The notes: generated from the letters alone by a model not told the origin. A stretch of DNA of 24,519 bases from Candidatus Krumholzibacteriia bacterium (GCA_036351155.1 JAZBOO010000008.1:1-24519); one strand, 5' to 3'. Positions 1 to 9,921 are shown, numbered from the stretch's first letter. Made by a program: numbers and translations.

Positions 1-1173
1 ACCGGCTATTTCCACGAAACCCAGACCGTGGACACCTCCGCCGAGCGACATTTCCAGGCGTTCCAGACCGTATCCGGATCGCTGAGCGGACTGGCCAGTG
101 GCAAGCTGGTGCTGCGCGGCTCGGGCCGGTTTGACAACGACCTGGCCATTTCTCCCCATGAATTCCAGACCGGGCGCTGGTACAGCGGCTACGCCGAAGC
201 GCGCCTGAACCCCCGCTTCAAGGCCCGGCTGGGTCGGCAATTCCTGCAGAGCGGCGTTTCCGGGCTGACCCTGGACGGTGCCTGGCTTTCCTATCGACAT
301 GACCACCGTCTTTCAGCCGCCCTCTGGGGCGGTGCCCGCGCCCCCGTGGTGGGCGATTTTGCCCTGGGCGACCTTTCCGAGGAAAAGACCACCGGTGCGA
401 AGGTGACCCTGCGACCCAACCCCCGCTGGCGGCTGGCCCTGTCCGGCGCCTACCGGGAACGAGAGGGGCGGGTTGCCGAGCGCCCGGTCGGTCTGGAAGT
501 GGGCACCTCCGCCTTGCCGAGCACCCGCCTGCTGGCCCGGGCCGCCTACGATCTGGAAGCCGACCGCTGGTCCCGGGTTCAGCTGCAAGCTCGGTGGCAG
601 AAAAAGCCCACCGCTCCTGTGGTCAACCTGCAGTGGCTGGACCGTCACCCCAGCATCGACGCGGCTAGCTGGTTCTCGCGCTTTACCCGGATGGAGCGGA
701 TCAAGGTGGCCCGCCTGAGCGTGGCCCACACCCTGGCCTCGCGCTTCGGCGGCGAGGTGGAATTCCTGGGCACTTACGTGGGCGCCCGCACCTCCACTCG
801 CCTGGGTCTGGCCGTGCTGTATCCCCTGGGCCGTGTGGGCTACTCGGTGCGCCTGGGCGACGCCGGTGAAGAGAGCCGTTTCTATGGCGAAATGCGCGTG
901 CAGGCTCTGCGCTGGTTGCAGCTGGACGCCCAGGCCTCCGTGCTGACCTACGCCCTGCTGGAAGATGCCCCGGCCGACGACGAGCGCGAACTCATCGCCA
1001 TGGTGGCCGGCTTCCGGGCCGATCTGCGCCCTGGGATGCGCCTGGTGGGCCAGGTTCAGAGCCTGGACAATCCCTATTATTCGCAAGACATCCGGGTGGT
1101 GCTGGGGCTGGACCTGAGCATGGCGCGCGGGCCGTCCAACCTGGGCCTGGGCCGAGGAGGTTGGCTGCAATGA
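1..1173 (+). CDS. Putative outer-membrane beta-barrel (porin) of a porin-cytochrome complex; 5' end lies outside the window
   Basis: Frame is open from base 1 (TGYFHETQTVDTS...). Alternating amphipathic beta-strand pattern, including an 'RLGRQF...G...DG' segment common in such barrels. The stop overlaps the next start (ATGA, 1170-1173) and two multiheme cytochrome genes follow. Confidence 0.7.
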   Translation, partial: TGYFHETQTVDTSAERHFQAFQTVSGSLSGLASGKLVLRGSGRFDNDLAISPHEFQTGRWYSGYAEARLNPRFKARLGRQFLQSGVSGLTLDGAWLSYRHDHRLSAALWGGARAPVVGDFALGDLSEEKTTGAKVTLRPNPRWRLALSGAYREREGRVAERPVGLEVGTSALPSTRLLARAAYDLEADRWSRVQLQARWQKKPTAPVVNLQWLDRHPSIDAASWFSRFTRMERIKVARLSVAHTLASRFGGEVEFLGTYVGARTSTRLGLAVLYPLGRVGYSVRLGDAGEESRFYGEMRVQALRWLQLDAQASVLTYALLEDAPADDERELIAMVAGFRADLRPGMRLVGQVQSLDNPYYSQDIRVVLGLDLSMARGPSNLGLGRGGWLQ

Positions 1174-2036
1174 AATCTCTGAACCTGACCATTCTGATGT
1201 TCCTGGTGGCCGCTGGGGCCGCCGTTCAGGCCGATGAGCCCGACACCATCATCTTCCCCCACGATCTGCATTTCGAGGCCGAGGTGGAGTGCGCCACCTG
1301 CCATGAAGGGGTGGCCGAGCAAACCCAGCCCGAAGACACCTTCTATCCCGACATGGATGTGTGCGGCGACTGCCATGACATCGATGACGATGAGAACTGC
1401 GCCCTTTGTCACAGCAACGTGGACAACGCCGGTGAGTACCATCGCGGCACATTCCAGGCCCTGTTCAGCCACGCTCCCCACGCTGGCGCTGAAGACAGCT
1501 GCGCCCGGTGTCATGGCGATCCCACCCTGCCGGCACCCGGCATGCCCGTGAAAGCCGACTGTCGCGCCTGCCACGAAACCGCCGACAACTTTGCGGACTG
1601 TGGTCTGTGCCATGGATCGGAATTCACCCTGTTACCGGCCGATCACGATGCCGGCTGGATATCCCGCCACGGCACCTGGGCCAGCGCCGACCAGGCCTCG
1701 TGCACCCTGTGCCACACCGAAACCGGCTGCCAGGAGTGCCACACCGGAGACAACGTGCGGCCCCGCAGCCATGCCTTCAACTACGCCTTCAATCACGCAC
1801 TGGACGCCCGGTCCGGCAGCATCGACTGCGCCACCTGCCACCTGGACCCCCAGTACTGCAGCGAATGTCATGCCGCAAACCGGATCATGCCCACGGACCA
1901 TTCGATGGCCGGCTGGGTCAGCCTGTCCGGCGGCGGACGCCACGCCACCGAGGGCCTTTTCGACCTGGAGAGCTGCGTTGCGTGCCATGACGCCGGCGCC
2001 GAGGATCCGTCCTGCATCGAATGTCACGGGAGGTGA
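1170..2036 (+). CDS. Periplasmic dodecaheme cytochrome c (c3/c7-like N-terminal domains)
   Basis: RBS GGAGG at 1156-1160 and ATG at 1170. Signal peptide MKSLNLTILMFLVAAGAAVQA. 12 CxxCH motifs counted. FPHDLH/FSHAPH motifs are c3/c7-like, and there are HxxxWxxxH-type distal-ligand motifs. Confidence 0.92.
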   Translation: MKSLNLTILMFLVAAGAAVQADEPDTIIFPHDLHFEAEVECATCHEGVAEQTQPEDTFYPDMDVCGDCHDIDDDENCALCHSNVDNAGEYHRGTFQALFSHAPHAGAEDSCARCHGDPTLPAPGMPVKADCRACHETADNFADCGLCHGSEFTLLPADHDAGWISRHGTWASADQASCTLCHTETGCQECHTGDNVRPRSHAFNYAFNHALDARSGSIDCATCHLDPQYCSECHAANRIMPTDHSMAGWVSLSGGGRHATEGLFDLESCVACHDAGAEDPSCIECHGR

Positions 2037-3199
2037 TGGCCGTGTTGAACCTGATCCAAAATATGCATCCGTCACGGCTGGTCTTGTGTGCCCTGGCCGG
2101 GCTTGTTCTCCTGGGCGGTTGCTCCGAGAAGGTGGAGAGCCCTCTGATCAAGGCCCACTCGGCCGAATGGAACGCGCCCGAAGCGGCCGACTTCCATGGA
2201 GCCCAGGTGGCAGACCGTTCGGCGGCCTCATGCTACACCTGTCATGGAACCGACCTGCATGGTGACGCCCCCGCCCCCGGCTGTTTCGTCTGCCACGATG
2301 GGCCCGGAGGACACCCGGAAGGATGGGCCCTGCGCGTGCAGCATGGATTTGCCGTGGGGACCAGCGGCCCAGCTTCCTGTGCACCCTGTCATGGCGCCGA
2401 GTTTACCGGCGGCTGGAGCGGTGTTTCCTGCTACCAGTGTCACGATGGGCCTTCGGGCAACCATCCCGACGGGTGGGAAGCCGGCGACCAGCATGGAACT
2501 GCGGTCCGCAACGACGGCGGCAGCCAATGTACCGGCTGCCACGGCAGCGATTACCTGGGTGGCACCAGTGAAGTGTCGTGCTTCCTGTGTCACGATGGGC
2601 CGGGCGGGCATCCCGAACTATGGAGGCGCAGAAACCAGCACGGCGCCGAGGTCGATCAGAACGGCAGCGAACAGTGTGCGGCTTGCCACGGAGCAGATTT
2701 CCTGGGCGGCTGGAGCGGTGTGTCCTGCTACCAGTGCCACGATGGGCCCTCGGGCAACCATCCCGACGGGTGGGAAGCCGGCGACCAGCACGGCGTCGAG
2801 GTGCGGGCCAACGCCGCCGACCAGTGCACCGGGTGCCACGGCACCGACTATCTGGGCGGAACCAGCCAGGTGAGCTGCTATACCTGCCACGACGGGCCGG
2901 GGGGACATCCCGGGAACTGGGGCACCGAAGGCGAACACATCGAAGAAGTGTTGATCAACGGGGGCTTGAGCTGCCAGGACTGCCATGGTGAAGACTACCT
3001 GGGCGGCTGGAGCGGAGTTTCGTGCTACCTGTGCCATAACGGGCCCAGCAACCATCCCAACGGCTACCAGTCTCCCAACCGCCACGGCAACGATGCCGAG
3101 GATGGACTGCACGCCTGCAGTGTGTGTCATGGGGATGATTTCACAGGCGACTGGACTGGCGTGTCCTGTTACCAGTGTCACGACGGGCCGAATCCTTGA
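2036..3199 (+). CDS. 14-heme cytochrome c lipoprotein built from 7 diheme repeats
   Basis: TGATG overlap at 2034-2038 (exact start uncertain). Lipobox-like LLGG-C. 14 CxxCH motifs. Repeated module HPxGW..HG..CxxCHGxD(Y/F)xGGxSxVSCxxCHDGP. Confidence 0.92.
   Translation: MAVLNLIQNMHPSRLVLCALAGLVLLGGCSEKVESPLIKAHSAEWNAPEAADFHGAQVADRSAASCYTCHGTDLHGDAPAPGCFVCHDGPGGHPEGWALRVQHGFAVGTSGPASCAPCHGAEFTGGWSGVSCYQCHDGPSGNHPDGWEAGDQHGTAVRNDGGSQCTGCHGSDYLGGTSEVSCFLCHDGPGGHPELWRRRNQHGAEVDQNGSEQCAACHGADFLGGWSGVSCYQCHDGPSGNHPDGWEAGDQHGVEVRANAADQCTGCHGTDYLGGTSQVSCYTCHDGPGGHPGNWGTEGEHIEEVLINGGLSCQDCHGEDYLGGWSGVSCYLCHNGPSNHPNGYQSPNRHGNDAEDGLHACSVCHGDDFTGDWTGVSCYQCHDGPNP
2408..3025 (+). repeat. Intragenic tandem repeat with 297-bp (99-aa, tetraheme) period
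   Basis: GGCGGCTGGAGCGG starts at 2408, 2705 and 3002. The stretches at about 2408-2493 and 2705-2790 are near-identical (GGWSGVSCYQCHDGPSGNHPDGWEAGDQHG twice). Confidence 0.9.
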
Positions 3200-3203
3200 T
3201 TCC

Positions 3204-3223
3204 AGGGGGCCTCAGGGCCCCCT
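3204..3223. terminator. GC-rich hairpin between convergent genes (possible terminator or 3' stabiliser)
   Basis: AGGGGGCC-TCAG-GGCCCCCT forms an 8-bp stem. No U-tract on either strand. Confidence 0.45.
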
Positions 3224-4715
3224 ACCTGCCCATCAAATAGCTCTGGAACGACGCCCCGAGATTCGGGACATCCGCGGGATCCTGCCACCAAACCGCTCCG
3301 TCTGGACCCATGGTCCAGCGCACCTTCGTTTCCCCCGTGGTGGGGTAGTGCAGCACCGTGGCCGCTTCAGCTGCCGGGTCCGAAAGGAAACGAATCTGGG
3401 ACAGTAGCAGACCGGACTCCAGCAACATATCCACGGCCAGGCCCAGGCTTTGGCGGTGGCGGGCCACCAGGGTCACCTCAAGATCCCGCAACTGGTAGGG
3501 ATAGATCTCGAAACGTCGGATGTGACCCATCATCTGGCCCAGTACGTCCATGTCCCCGGCACCGTACATCCGGTCATGCCTGCTCGCGTGCCCCAGGCAG
3601 GCCTTTCCCTGCCGGAGATTCACCAGCACGGCGGTACACGTTGCCACCCCGAAGGTGAGCAAGGGTTCCTCTCGTGAGAACCGGTACTCGTCCATGTCCA
3701 CCATGGCGACATCCGTGGGTAAAACCCGGGCGGGGCGCTGACGAGGTACGGCGGTTCCGGCACTGGCCAGCAGCGCAGGCCGCAGTTCCGTCTCATGGTC
3801 GAGGTAATAGCGGGTGAACACCTCATCCTCGTCAATTTTGGCCACCAGAAGCCACTCGCTCCCCAGAACCGGACAGACGGTGAACGAGGTCAGGGCAGCA
3901 AAACCCCGGTAGTCGATCACCCTCTTGTGTCCGTGTCGCTCGCGAAACTTCGCTTCGACATTCTCTCTGGCCAGGATTCGGCGCAACCCCTCGCCACCAG
4001 GGTTGAGACGGCTCTCGGTCATCATCTGGTGATTTCGATTCACCAGAAAGGTCTCCCCCGTGCGCCCCATTTCCAGGCCATGGCTGAAAATGTGGTTGAT
4101 CCGGTTCAAGGCGCACTGGAGCACCAGCCAGCCCACCAGTTCGCCTTCCTCCTCAAGAGGTTCCACAAAGAAGGCCGAGGGCTCATCCGAAACCCAGTAG
4201 AACTCGTAGTCGACGAAGGCTGTCGCGGGTCCCATCTGCAACCGGCGGGCCAGCGCCGTCCGGGCCAGGTCCCCCTCGAACAGGTTCTTGTGATAGTCAG
4301 CCTGCGTACGCACCGTCGACAACACATACCCAGTGCGATCGATGAACAGGACATCATAGAATGATTGATAATGGCCGAGATAGTGCTGGCGCAGGGCGAC
4401 TTTCAGTTCCTCGATGGCCTGCCGCGCTTCGGGAGGGGGAGGAGATTTCTGTTGCAACAACCAGAAGTTTCTCTTGATGTCGAAATAGTTGCGCATCAGG
4501 GGGTCAGCGCCGGCCTGGTCGGCCAGGGCGCTGATCCGCGTGAGGTAGGCTATCAACTGGGCCTGCTTGTCGGCCACCACCTGATCCAGTTCCCTGTAGG
4601 CGGCGGCTTCAATGGCAGCGGGATGTTCAGGGGTCCAGGCCGATATTGCGGTGACCGGGATGGTGGCCAGGATCAGGATGACCAGGAAACCAAAATTCGA
4701 TGGGCGGGCGTACAT
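3222..4715 (-). CDS. Exported protein: Cache-like sensor domain fused to a CheD-like (Cys/His deamidase-fold) C-terminal domain
   Basis: ATG at 4715 preceded by GGAAGGAAGG. N-terminal hydrophobic signal. dCache-type motifs (YDVLFIDRTGYVL, FVDYEFY..S.EPSAF, GRTGETFLVN, DYRG, WLLVAKIDEDE). C-terminal MVDMDEY..LLTFGVATCTAV..CLGH resembles CheD. Confidence 0.7.
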   Translation of the reverse strand: MYARPSNFGFLVILILATIPVTAISAWTPEHPAAIEAAAYRELDQVVADKQAQLIAYLTRISALADQAGADPLMRNYFDIKRNFWLLQQKSPPPPEARQAIEELKVALRQHYLGHYQSFYDVLFIDRTGYVLSTVRTQADYHKNLFEGDLARTALARRLQMGPATAFVDYEFYWVSDEPSAFFVEPLEEEGELVGWLVLQCALNRINHIFSHGLEMGRTGETFLVNRNHQMMTESRLNPGGEGLRRILARENVEAKFRERHGHKRVIDYRGFAALTSFTVCPVLGSEWLLVAKIDEDEVFTRYYLDHETELRPALLASAGTAVPRQRPARVLPTDVAMVDMDEYRFSREEPLLTFGVATCTAVLVNLRQGKACLGHASRHDRMYGAGDMDVLGQMMGHIRRFEIYPYQLRDLEVTLVARHRQSLGLAVDMLLESGLLLSQIRFLSDPAAEAATVLHYPTTGETKVRWTMGPDGAVWWQDPADVPNLGASFQSYLMGR

Positions 4716-4807
4716 ACACCTTCCTTCCTGGGGTGCCGGTGGTGGAAAGAAGTATAGTACGCGGACGGAGAAGGGAATACCCCCATTTGTCCCCTTGGAA
4801 CCCAAGG

Positions 4808-5827
4808 TCAGCTGGAATACCCCTGCGGATTTCCTTCCTGCCAGCGCCAGGCATCGGCGCACATTTCCTCAAGTCCGCGCCTGGCCTCCCAGCCCAGCAA
4901 CCGGGCCGCGCCGGCGGGATCGGCATAGCAGGTGGCAATATCGCCTGGCCGTCGGTCCACCACGGCGTAGGGCACCGGGCGTCCCGAGGCCTTCTCCGCA
5001 GCCTTCACCATCTCCAGCACCGAGTAGCCCTGGCCCGTACCCAGGTTGATGGGCGTGCAGCCCGGCAGGGCCGCCAGCTTGTCGATGGCCGCCAGATGTC
5101 CCAGGGCCAGATCCACCACGTGGATGTAGTCGCGCACCCCGGTGCCGTCGGGAGTGTCGTAGTCGTTGCCGAACACGCTCAGCTTCTCGCGCAGTCCCAC
5201 GGCCACCTGCATGACGAAGGGCATCAGGTTGTTGGGAATGCCCTGGGGATCCTCGCCGATGCGGCCGCTCTCGTGGGCTCCAATGGGATTGAAATAGCGG
5301 AGCAGGATACAGCGCCAGCGATTGTCGGCCAGGCACACGTCGCGCAGGATCTCCTCGATGAACAGCTTGGTGCGCCCGTAGGGGTTGGTGGCCTGCAAGG
5401 GGAAGTCTTCGGTGATGGGCACCGTGTGAGGATCGCCATACACGGTGGCCGACGAGGAAAAGACCAGATTGAAGCACTCGTGATCGGCCATGGCCTTCAG
5501 CAGTTCGACTGTGCCGAAGATGTTGTTTTCGTAGTACCGGAGCGGGATTTCGCAGCTTTCGCCCACGGCCTTGAGCCCGGCGAAGTGCACCACGGCATCG
5601 AATTTCCGGGTCGCGAACACCGCGCGCAGAGCCGGACCGTCACAGATATCCACCTCGTGGAACTCCAGGGATTTTCCCGTCAGGTCTTGAACCCGGCGCA
5701 GACTTTCCTCGCTGCTGTTGTCCAGGTTGTCGACCACCACCACCTGGTGGCCCGCCTTCAGCAGTTCCAGGCAGGTGTGGCTACCGATATAGCCGGCCCC
5801 GCCGGTGACCAGAATCGTCTGTGCCAT
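4808..5827 (-). CDS. galE: UDP-glucose 4-epimerase
   Basis: GGAGYIGSH Rossmann motif, [25 protein letters not shown] (YxxxK), [22 protein letters not shown]. Confidence 0.97.
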   Translation of the reverse strand: MAQTILVTGGAGYIGSHTCLELLKAGHQVVVVDNLDNSSEESLRRVQDLTGKSLEFHEVDICDGPALRAVFATRKFDAVVHFAGLKAVGESCEIPLRYYENNIFGTVELLKAMADHECFNLVFSSSATVYGDPHTVPITEDFPLQATNPYGRTKLFIEEILRDVCLADNRWRCILLRYFNPIGAHESGRIGEDPQGIPNNLMPFVMQVAVGLREKLSVFGNDYDTPDGTGVRDYIHVVDLALGHLAAIDKLAALPGCTPINLGTGQGYSVLEMVKAAEKASGRPVPYAVVDRRPGDIATCYADPAGAARLLGWEARRGLEEMCADAWRWQEGNPQGYSS

Positions 5828-6222
5828 GGTTTCTCGCTCCCAGCTTGATAGATCAGAGAATGATCAGAGGTGATTCAGAAGATAAAAAAACCGGTGCTTC
5901 CGAGATTGTGCACGGCGCGACTCCTGAGGTGTCAAGTGAAATCAGGATACACGATGCGGGATTGAAATCAAACCCAGCCATGCACAATGTCCGAAGCACC
6001 GATTGAGAGTCGGGCCGGAACTATTGAGTTGTTCGGTTGGAATGAAATCCCCCCTGGGACCATCTGGACGAAAAGGACCAACGGTGCAATGGAACCTGTG
6101 GTGAAATTCATTTAGCCTTCCCACCGATCGGATACGATTCTAATCGATCTGCCCCCCCAAAGCCAAGCAAGTTTTTCATTTATCACGAAAAATTTACCTT
6201 TTGGTCAATTCCTCAAATGTCA

Positions 6223-6254
6223 AAACGGCGAGAAACCCCTGTTTCTCGCCGTTT
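6223..6254 (-). terminator. Intrinsic terminator downstream of maeB
   Basis: 14-bp perfect stem AAACGGCGAGAAAC / GTTTCTCGCCGTTT with a 4-nt loop, 17 nt after the maeB stop. T-rich tail on the minus strand. Confidence 0.8.
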
Positions 6255-6271
6255 GATGATGATTGTCGTTA

Positions 6272-8527
6272 TCAAGATCGGCCCACCTCATAAGCGGACA
6301 GAGCCGCCATGTTGACGATTGTTTCCACCCGCGAGGAAGTCGACACGATGTTGATGGGCTGCTTCAGGCCGTAGAGCAAGGGCCCCAGGATTTCCCGACC
6401 CGATCCCAGATGCCCCACCAGCTTGTAGGCAATGTTGGCGCTCTGCAGGTCCGGGAAAATCAAAACATTGGCCGGCCCCATGACCCGACAATCAGGCACC
6501 GACTTTGCGCAAAGCTGGGGAATGATGGCCACGTTGGCCTGCATTTCCCCATCGACCTGAAGATCAGGATGCTTTTCGCGCAGGATCTCGACCGCCTCAC
6601 GCACCTTGCGGCTTTCCGGTCGGTCGTTGTCCCCGAAGTTGGAGAAGGACAGCATACCCACGACAGGGTCCAGGTTGAAATGACGCGCCACCGTGGCGGC
6701 CACCAGCGCAATTTCCGCGAGGTGTTCCGCATCGGGATCGAAGTTCACCGTGGTGTCGGCAAAGATGTAGGCCTTGCCCTCGACCATCAGCACATGCATG
6801 CCGATCACCCGGGTGATGCCCGGCCGGAGTTCTGCCAGGGTCAAAACCGGCCGGATGGTGTCGATGTAGCTCCGGCTGGCTCCGCACACCATGCCGTCGG
6901 CCTCACCGGTCCGCAGCATCATCACCCCGTGGTGGATGGACCGCCGGACCATGCGTTGCGCCTTGTCAAAGTTGTATCCCTTGCGCGCACGCTCGGTGAA
7001 CAGGCGGCGGGCCATGTCCTCCAGATTGGGACAGTCGGCGGGGTTCTTGAAGGTGACCTGGCGCGGATCCAGGCCGATCTGCTCGGCCTTGGCCCCCATC
7101 ACTTCCGGGTTTCCCAGCAGGACAGGGTGGCACAGGTCCTCATCCACCAGAATGCGGCAGGCCTCGAGCACCCGGTCTTCCTCGCCCTCGGCAAAAACGA
7201 TTTTGCGCCTGATGGACTTGGCCTTGGACCGGATGCTGTCCATGACCTGTCGGCTGCGATTGGTCATCCCTTCAAGCTTGTGCCGGTAGGCTTCCCAGTC
7301 GCTGATGGGCTCGGTAGCCACGCCGGTCTCGCAGGCCGCCTTGGCCACAGCCAGAGCCACCTTGGACAGGACCCGGCTATCGAAGGGCTTGGGGATGATG
7401 TACTCGGGACCGAACTCGAAGGTCTCACCCCCATAGGCGTCAGCCACCTCGGCGGGAACCGACTCGCGCGCCAGGTCAGCCAGGGCATGAGCCGCGGCCA
7501 GCTTCATTTCCTCGTTGATGGCGGTGGCCCGCACGTCCAGCGCCCCCCGGAAAATGAAGGGGAACCCCAGCACATTGTTCACCTGGTTGGGATAGTCGCT
7601 GCGTCCCGTGGCCATGATCACGTCGGGACGAGCTTCCTTGGCCTCGGGATAAGTGATCTCGGGATCGGGATTGGCCATGGCGAACACGATGGGTTTGTCG
7701 GCCATGGACTTCACCATGTCCTGGGTGACCAGCCCGGCCACCGAGCAACCGTACAGCACATCGGCGCCACGGAGTGCGTCGGCCAGGGTCCGGTTCTCGG
7801 TCTCATGGGCAAAGTATTCCTTGTACTTGTTCATGCCTTCGGTACGGCCGGCGTAGCACACACCCTTGCTGTCCACCAGGGTGATGTTGTCCCGGGGCAC
7901 CCCCAGAATTTCGGCGAACTTGGCGCAGGCGTTGGCCGATGCGCCCGCCCCGGAAACCACCACCTTCAGATTTTCAATTTCCTTGCCCTGAAGGCGCGCC
8001 GCGTTGATCAGCCCTGCCCCCGAAATGATGGCCGTACCGTGCTGGTCGTCGTGAAATACCGGGATGTTCATGGTTTCCCGCAGGGTGCGCTCGATCTCGA
8101 AACACTCGGGAGCCTTGATATCCTCCAGGTTGATCCCCCCCACCGTGGGTTCCAGCAGCTGGCAGAACTTGATGATCTCGTCGGGATTTTCGGTGTCCAC
8201 CTCGATGTCGAACACATCGACATGGCCGAATTTCTTGAACAGGACGCCCTTGCCCTCCATGACCGGCTTTCCGGCCAGAGCTCCGATATTGCCCAGCCCC
8301 AGAACGGCGGTTCCGTTGCTGACCACGGCCACCAGATTGCCGCGGTTGGTGTACAGATAGGCATCGTGGGGATTCTTTTCGATGGCCGTGCATGGAATGG
8401 CCACACCGGGTGAGTAGGCCAGAGAAAGATCGCGAGCCGTCAGACAGGGCTTGGTGGCCACAACCTCGGTCTTGCCCGGTCGACCATCCTTGTGATAGTT
8501 GAGTGCGTCCTGGTCCCTGATCGCCAT
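6272..8527 (-). CDS. maeB: NADP-dependent malic enzyme with C-terminal phosphotransacetylase-like domain
   Basis: Start taken at [12 protein letters not shown] (751 aa). Motifs [61 protein letters not shown]-like part with FAEGE, LSFSNFG and DGEMQ. Confidence 0.96.
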   Translation of the reverse strand: MAIRDQDALNYHKDGRPGKTEVVATKPCLTARDLSLAYSPGVAIPCTAIEKNPHDAYLYTNRGNLVAVVSNGTAVLGLGNIGALAGKPVMEGKGVLFKKFGHVDVFDIEVDTENPDEIIKFCQLLEPTVGGINLEDIKAPECFEIERTLRETMNIPVFHDDQHGTAIISGAGLINAARLQGKEIENLKVVVSGAGASANACAKFAEILGVPRDNITLVDSKGVCYAGRTEGMNKYKEYFAHETENRTLADALRGADVLYGCSVAGLVTQDMVKSMADKPIVFAMANPDPEITYPEAKEARPDVIMATGRSDYPNQVNNVLGFPFIFRGALDVRATAINEEMKLAAAHALADLARESVPAEVADAYGGETFEFGPEYIIPKPFDSRVLSKVALAVAKAACETGVATEPISDWEAYRHKLEGMTNRSRQVMDSIRSKAKSIRRKIVFAEGEEDRVLEACRILVDEDLCHPVLLGNPEVMGAKAEQIGLDPRQVTFKNPADCPNLEDMARRLFTERARKGYNFDKAQRMVRRSIHHGVMMLRTGEADGMVCGASRSYIDTIRPVLTLAELRPGITRVIGMHVLMVEGKAYIFADTTVNFDPDAEHLAEIALVAATVARHFNLDPVVGMLSFSNFGDNDRPESRKVREAVEILREKHPDLQVDGEMQANVAIIPQLCAKSVPDCRVMGPANVLIFPDLQSANIAYKLVGHLGSGREILGPLLYGLKQPINIVSTSSRVETIVNMAALSAYEVGRS

Positions 8528-8713
8528 GGCAAACGTCCTTTGCTGGGCCGGGCAGGAATTCCGGGGTGGGTTTTCCGGGGACATTCTGTCCGACACGATG
8601 ACGGGGATTCCCCTTGCAGGGAATGCTCCCTTGATCATAAGGTCGCCAACAGAATCAGGCATCGGCACGCCCTTGTAAAGTGTCATCCTGTCCAGCGAGG
8701 AAGGCTTTTTGAC

Positions 8714-9790
8714 GTGGAAAAACTGAGAGATTTACTGGGCGATTCTGGCCCGCTGATCCATGGTGTGGTGGTGGTTTTGCTGGTGGTGGCAGGCCTGATG
8801 GCACTGCGCAAGGTTTTGGACATCGGCGAGAGCAAGGTCAGCGGGAAAAAGTTCCGCAACCAGCTGGTCATGTTTGCCGCCACCTTCGTGGGCATCCTGG
8901 CCGTGGTGCTGGGGCTGCCCCTGGAAGATTCGGTGCGGGGCCAGCTGCTGACCTTGATCGGGATCTTGATTTCCGCGGGCATCGCCCTGAGCGGCGGCAC
9001 CTTCCTGAGCAATGCCATGGCCGGGATCATGCTGAAGGCCGTGCGCAACTTCCGGTCGGGCGATTTCATCAGCACCGGCGAGCACTTCGGCCGGGTGACC
9101 GAACGCGGCCTTTTTCACACCGAGATCCAGACCCCCGACCGCGACCTGATCACCTTGCCCAATCTCCTTCTGGCCAACAACGCCGTGCGGGTGGTGCGCC
9201 AGTCGGGCACCATCATCAGCGCCACCGTCTCCCTGGGATATGATGTGCCCCACCACCGCATCGAGGGAGTGCTGGTCCTGGCGGCCACAGATCTGGGACT
9301 GGAAGAGCCCTTCGTCCAGATCCTGGAGCTGGGTGATTTTTCGGTGACCTACCGGGTTGCCGGCTTGCTGGCCGACAGCAAGCAGATGATCACCTACCGG
9401 TCCCGGTTGCGTGCCGCCATCCTCGACGGGTTGCATGCCGATGGAATCGAGATCGTTTCCCCCGACTTCGCCAACGCCCGCGTATTCGAGACGACCCACA
9501 GCTTCATTCCCCGGATGCCGGTTTCCGCCGCACCGCCACCAGTCCAGGACGCGCCCCCCGCCGCCGTGGTCTTCGACAAGGCCGAGGATGCCGAGTCGCT
9601 CGCCAAGCTCCGCGAACGATTCAACGCCCTGGCCGAGGAGATAGAGACGGCCAAGAAAGAGACCAAGGAAGCCGAAACCGAGCAGCAGAAAACCGCCGGC
9701 GATGCCCGGCTGGCCTTTCTGGACAAGAAGAAAGACGCCCTTCAGAGGGCCATCACCCTGGCCGAGGAGCGCGAAAGCCAGCACGAATGA
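8714..9790 (+). CDS. MscS-family mechanosensitive channel with C-terminal coiled-coil extension
   Basis: Probable GTG start at 8714 after GAGGAAGG. Three hydrophobic segments, then SNAMAGIML, FRSGDFI, GRVTERGLFHTEIQT, ITLPN and SLGYDVP. Charged helical tail. Confidence 0.88.
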   Translation: MEKLRDLLGDSGPLIHGVVVVLLVVAGLMALRKVLDIGESKVSGKKFRNQLVMFAATFVGILAVVLGLPLEDSVRGQLLTLIGILISAGIALSGGTFLSNAMAGIMLKAVRNFRSGDFISTGEHFGRVTERGLFHTEIQTPDRDLITLPNLLLANNAVRVVRQSGTIISATVSLGYDVPHHRIEGVLVLAATDLGLEEPFVQILELGDFSVTYRVAGLLADSKQMITYRSRLRAAILDGLHADGIEIVSPDFANARVFETTHSFIPRMPVSAAPPPVQDAPPAAVVFDKAEDAESLAKLRERFNALAEEIETAKKETKEAETEQQKTAGDARLAFLDKKKDALQRAITLAEERESQHE

Positions 9791-9832
9791 TAGGTTTTCC
9801 GTCATTTGACTGTTGAATATCAATTTTGTCTT

Positions 9833-9862
9833 TTGCCTCGGTGGCGTGAATTATGTTAACAT
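9833..9862 (+). promoter_or_regulatory. Candidate sigma70-type promoter for the beta-propeller gene
   Basis: TTGCCT (9833-9838), 18-nt spacer, then TGt-TAACAT (extended -10, hexamer 9857-9862) inside the palindrome ATGTTAACAT, in an AT-rich intergenic region. Confidence 0.4.
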
Positions 9863-9921
9863 CATAAGTTGAATGACGTGTTCGCCTGTTGATCCCCCTT
9901 CGCTTTCCAGGGAGACCATTC

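Noticed and set aside
2408..3025. Repeats as a CRISPR array or mobile element
   Set aside because: The period is a multiple of 3, differences are mostly synonymous, the repeats encode heme modules, and no cas or transposase genes are present.
4716..4862. N-terminal extensions given by the ORF track (also maeB 8528-8686, mscS 8492-8713, hybA-like 17978-18085, msrA 23048-23098, hypA 24239-24370)
   Set aside because: Downstream starts match family N-termini or signal peptides, mostly with better RBS, and avoid overlaps with neighbouring genes.
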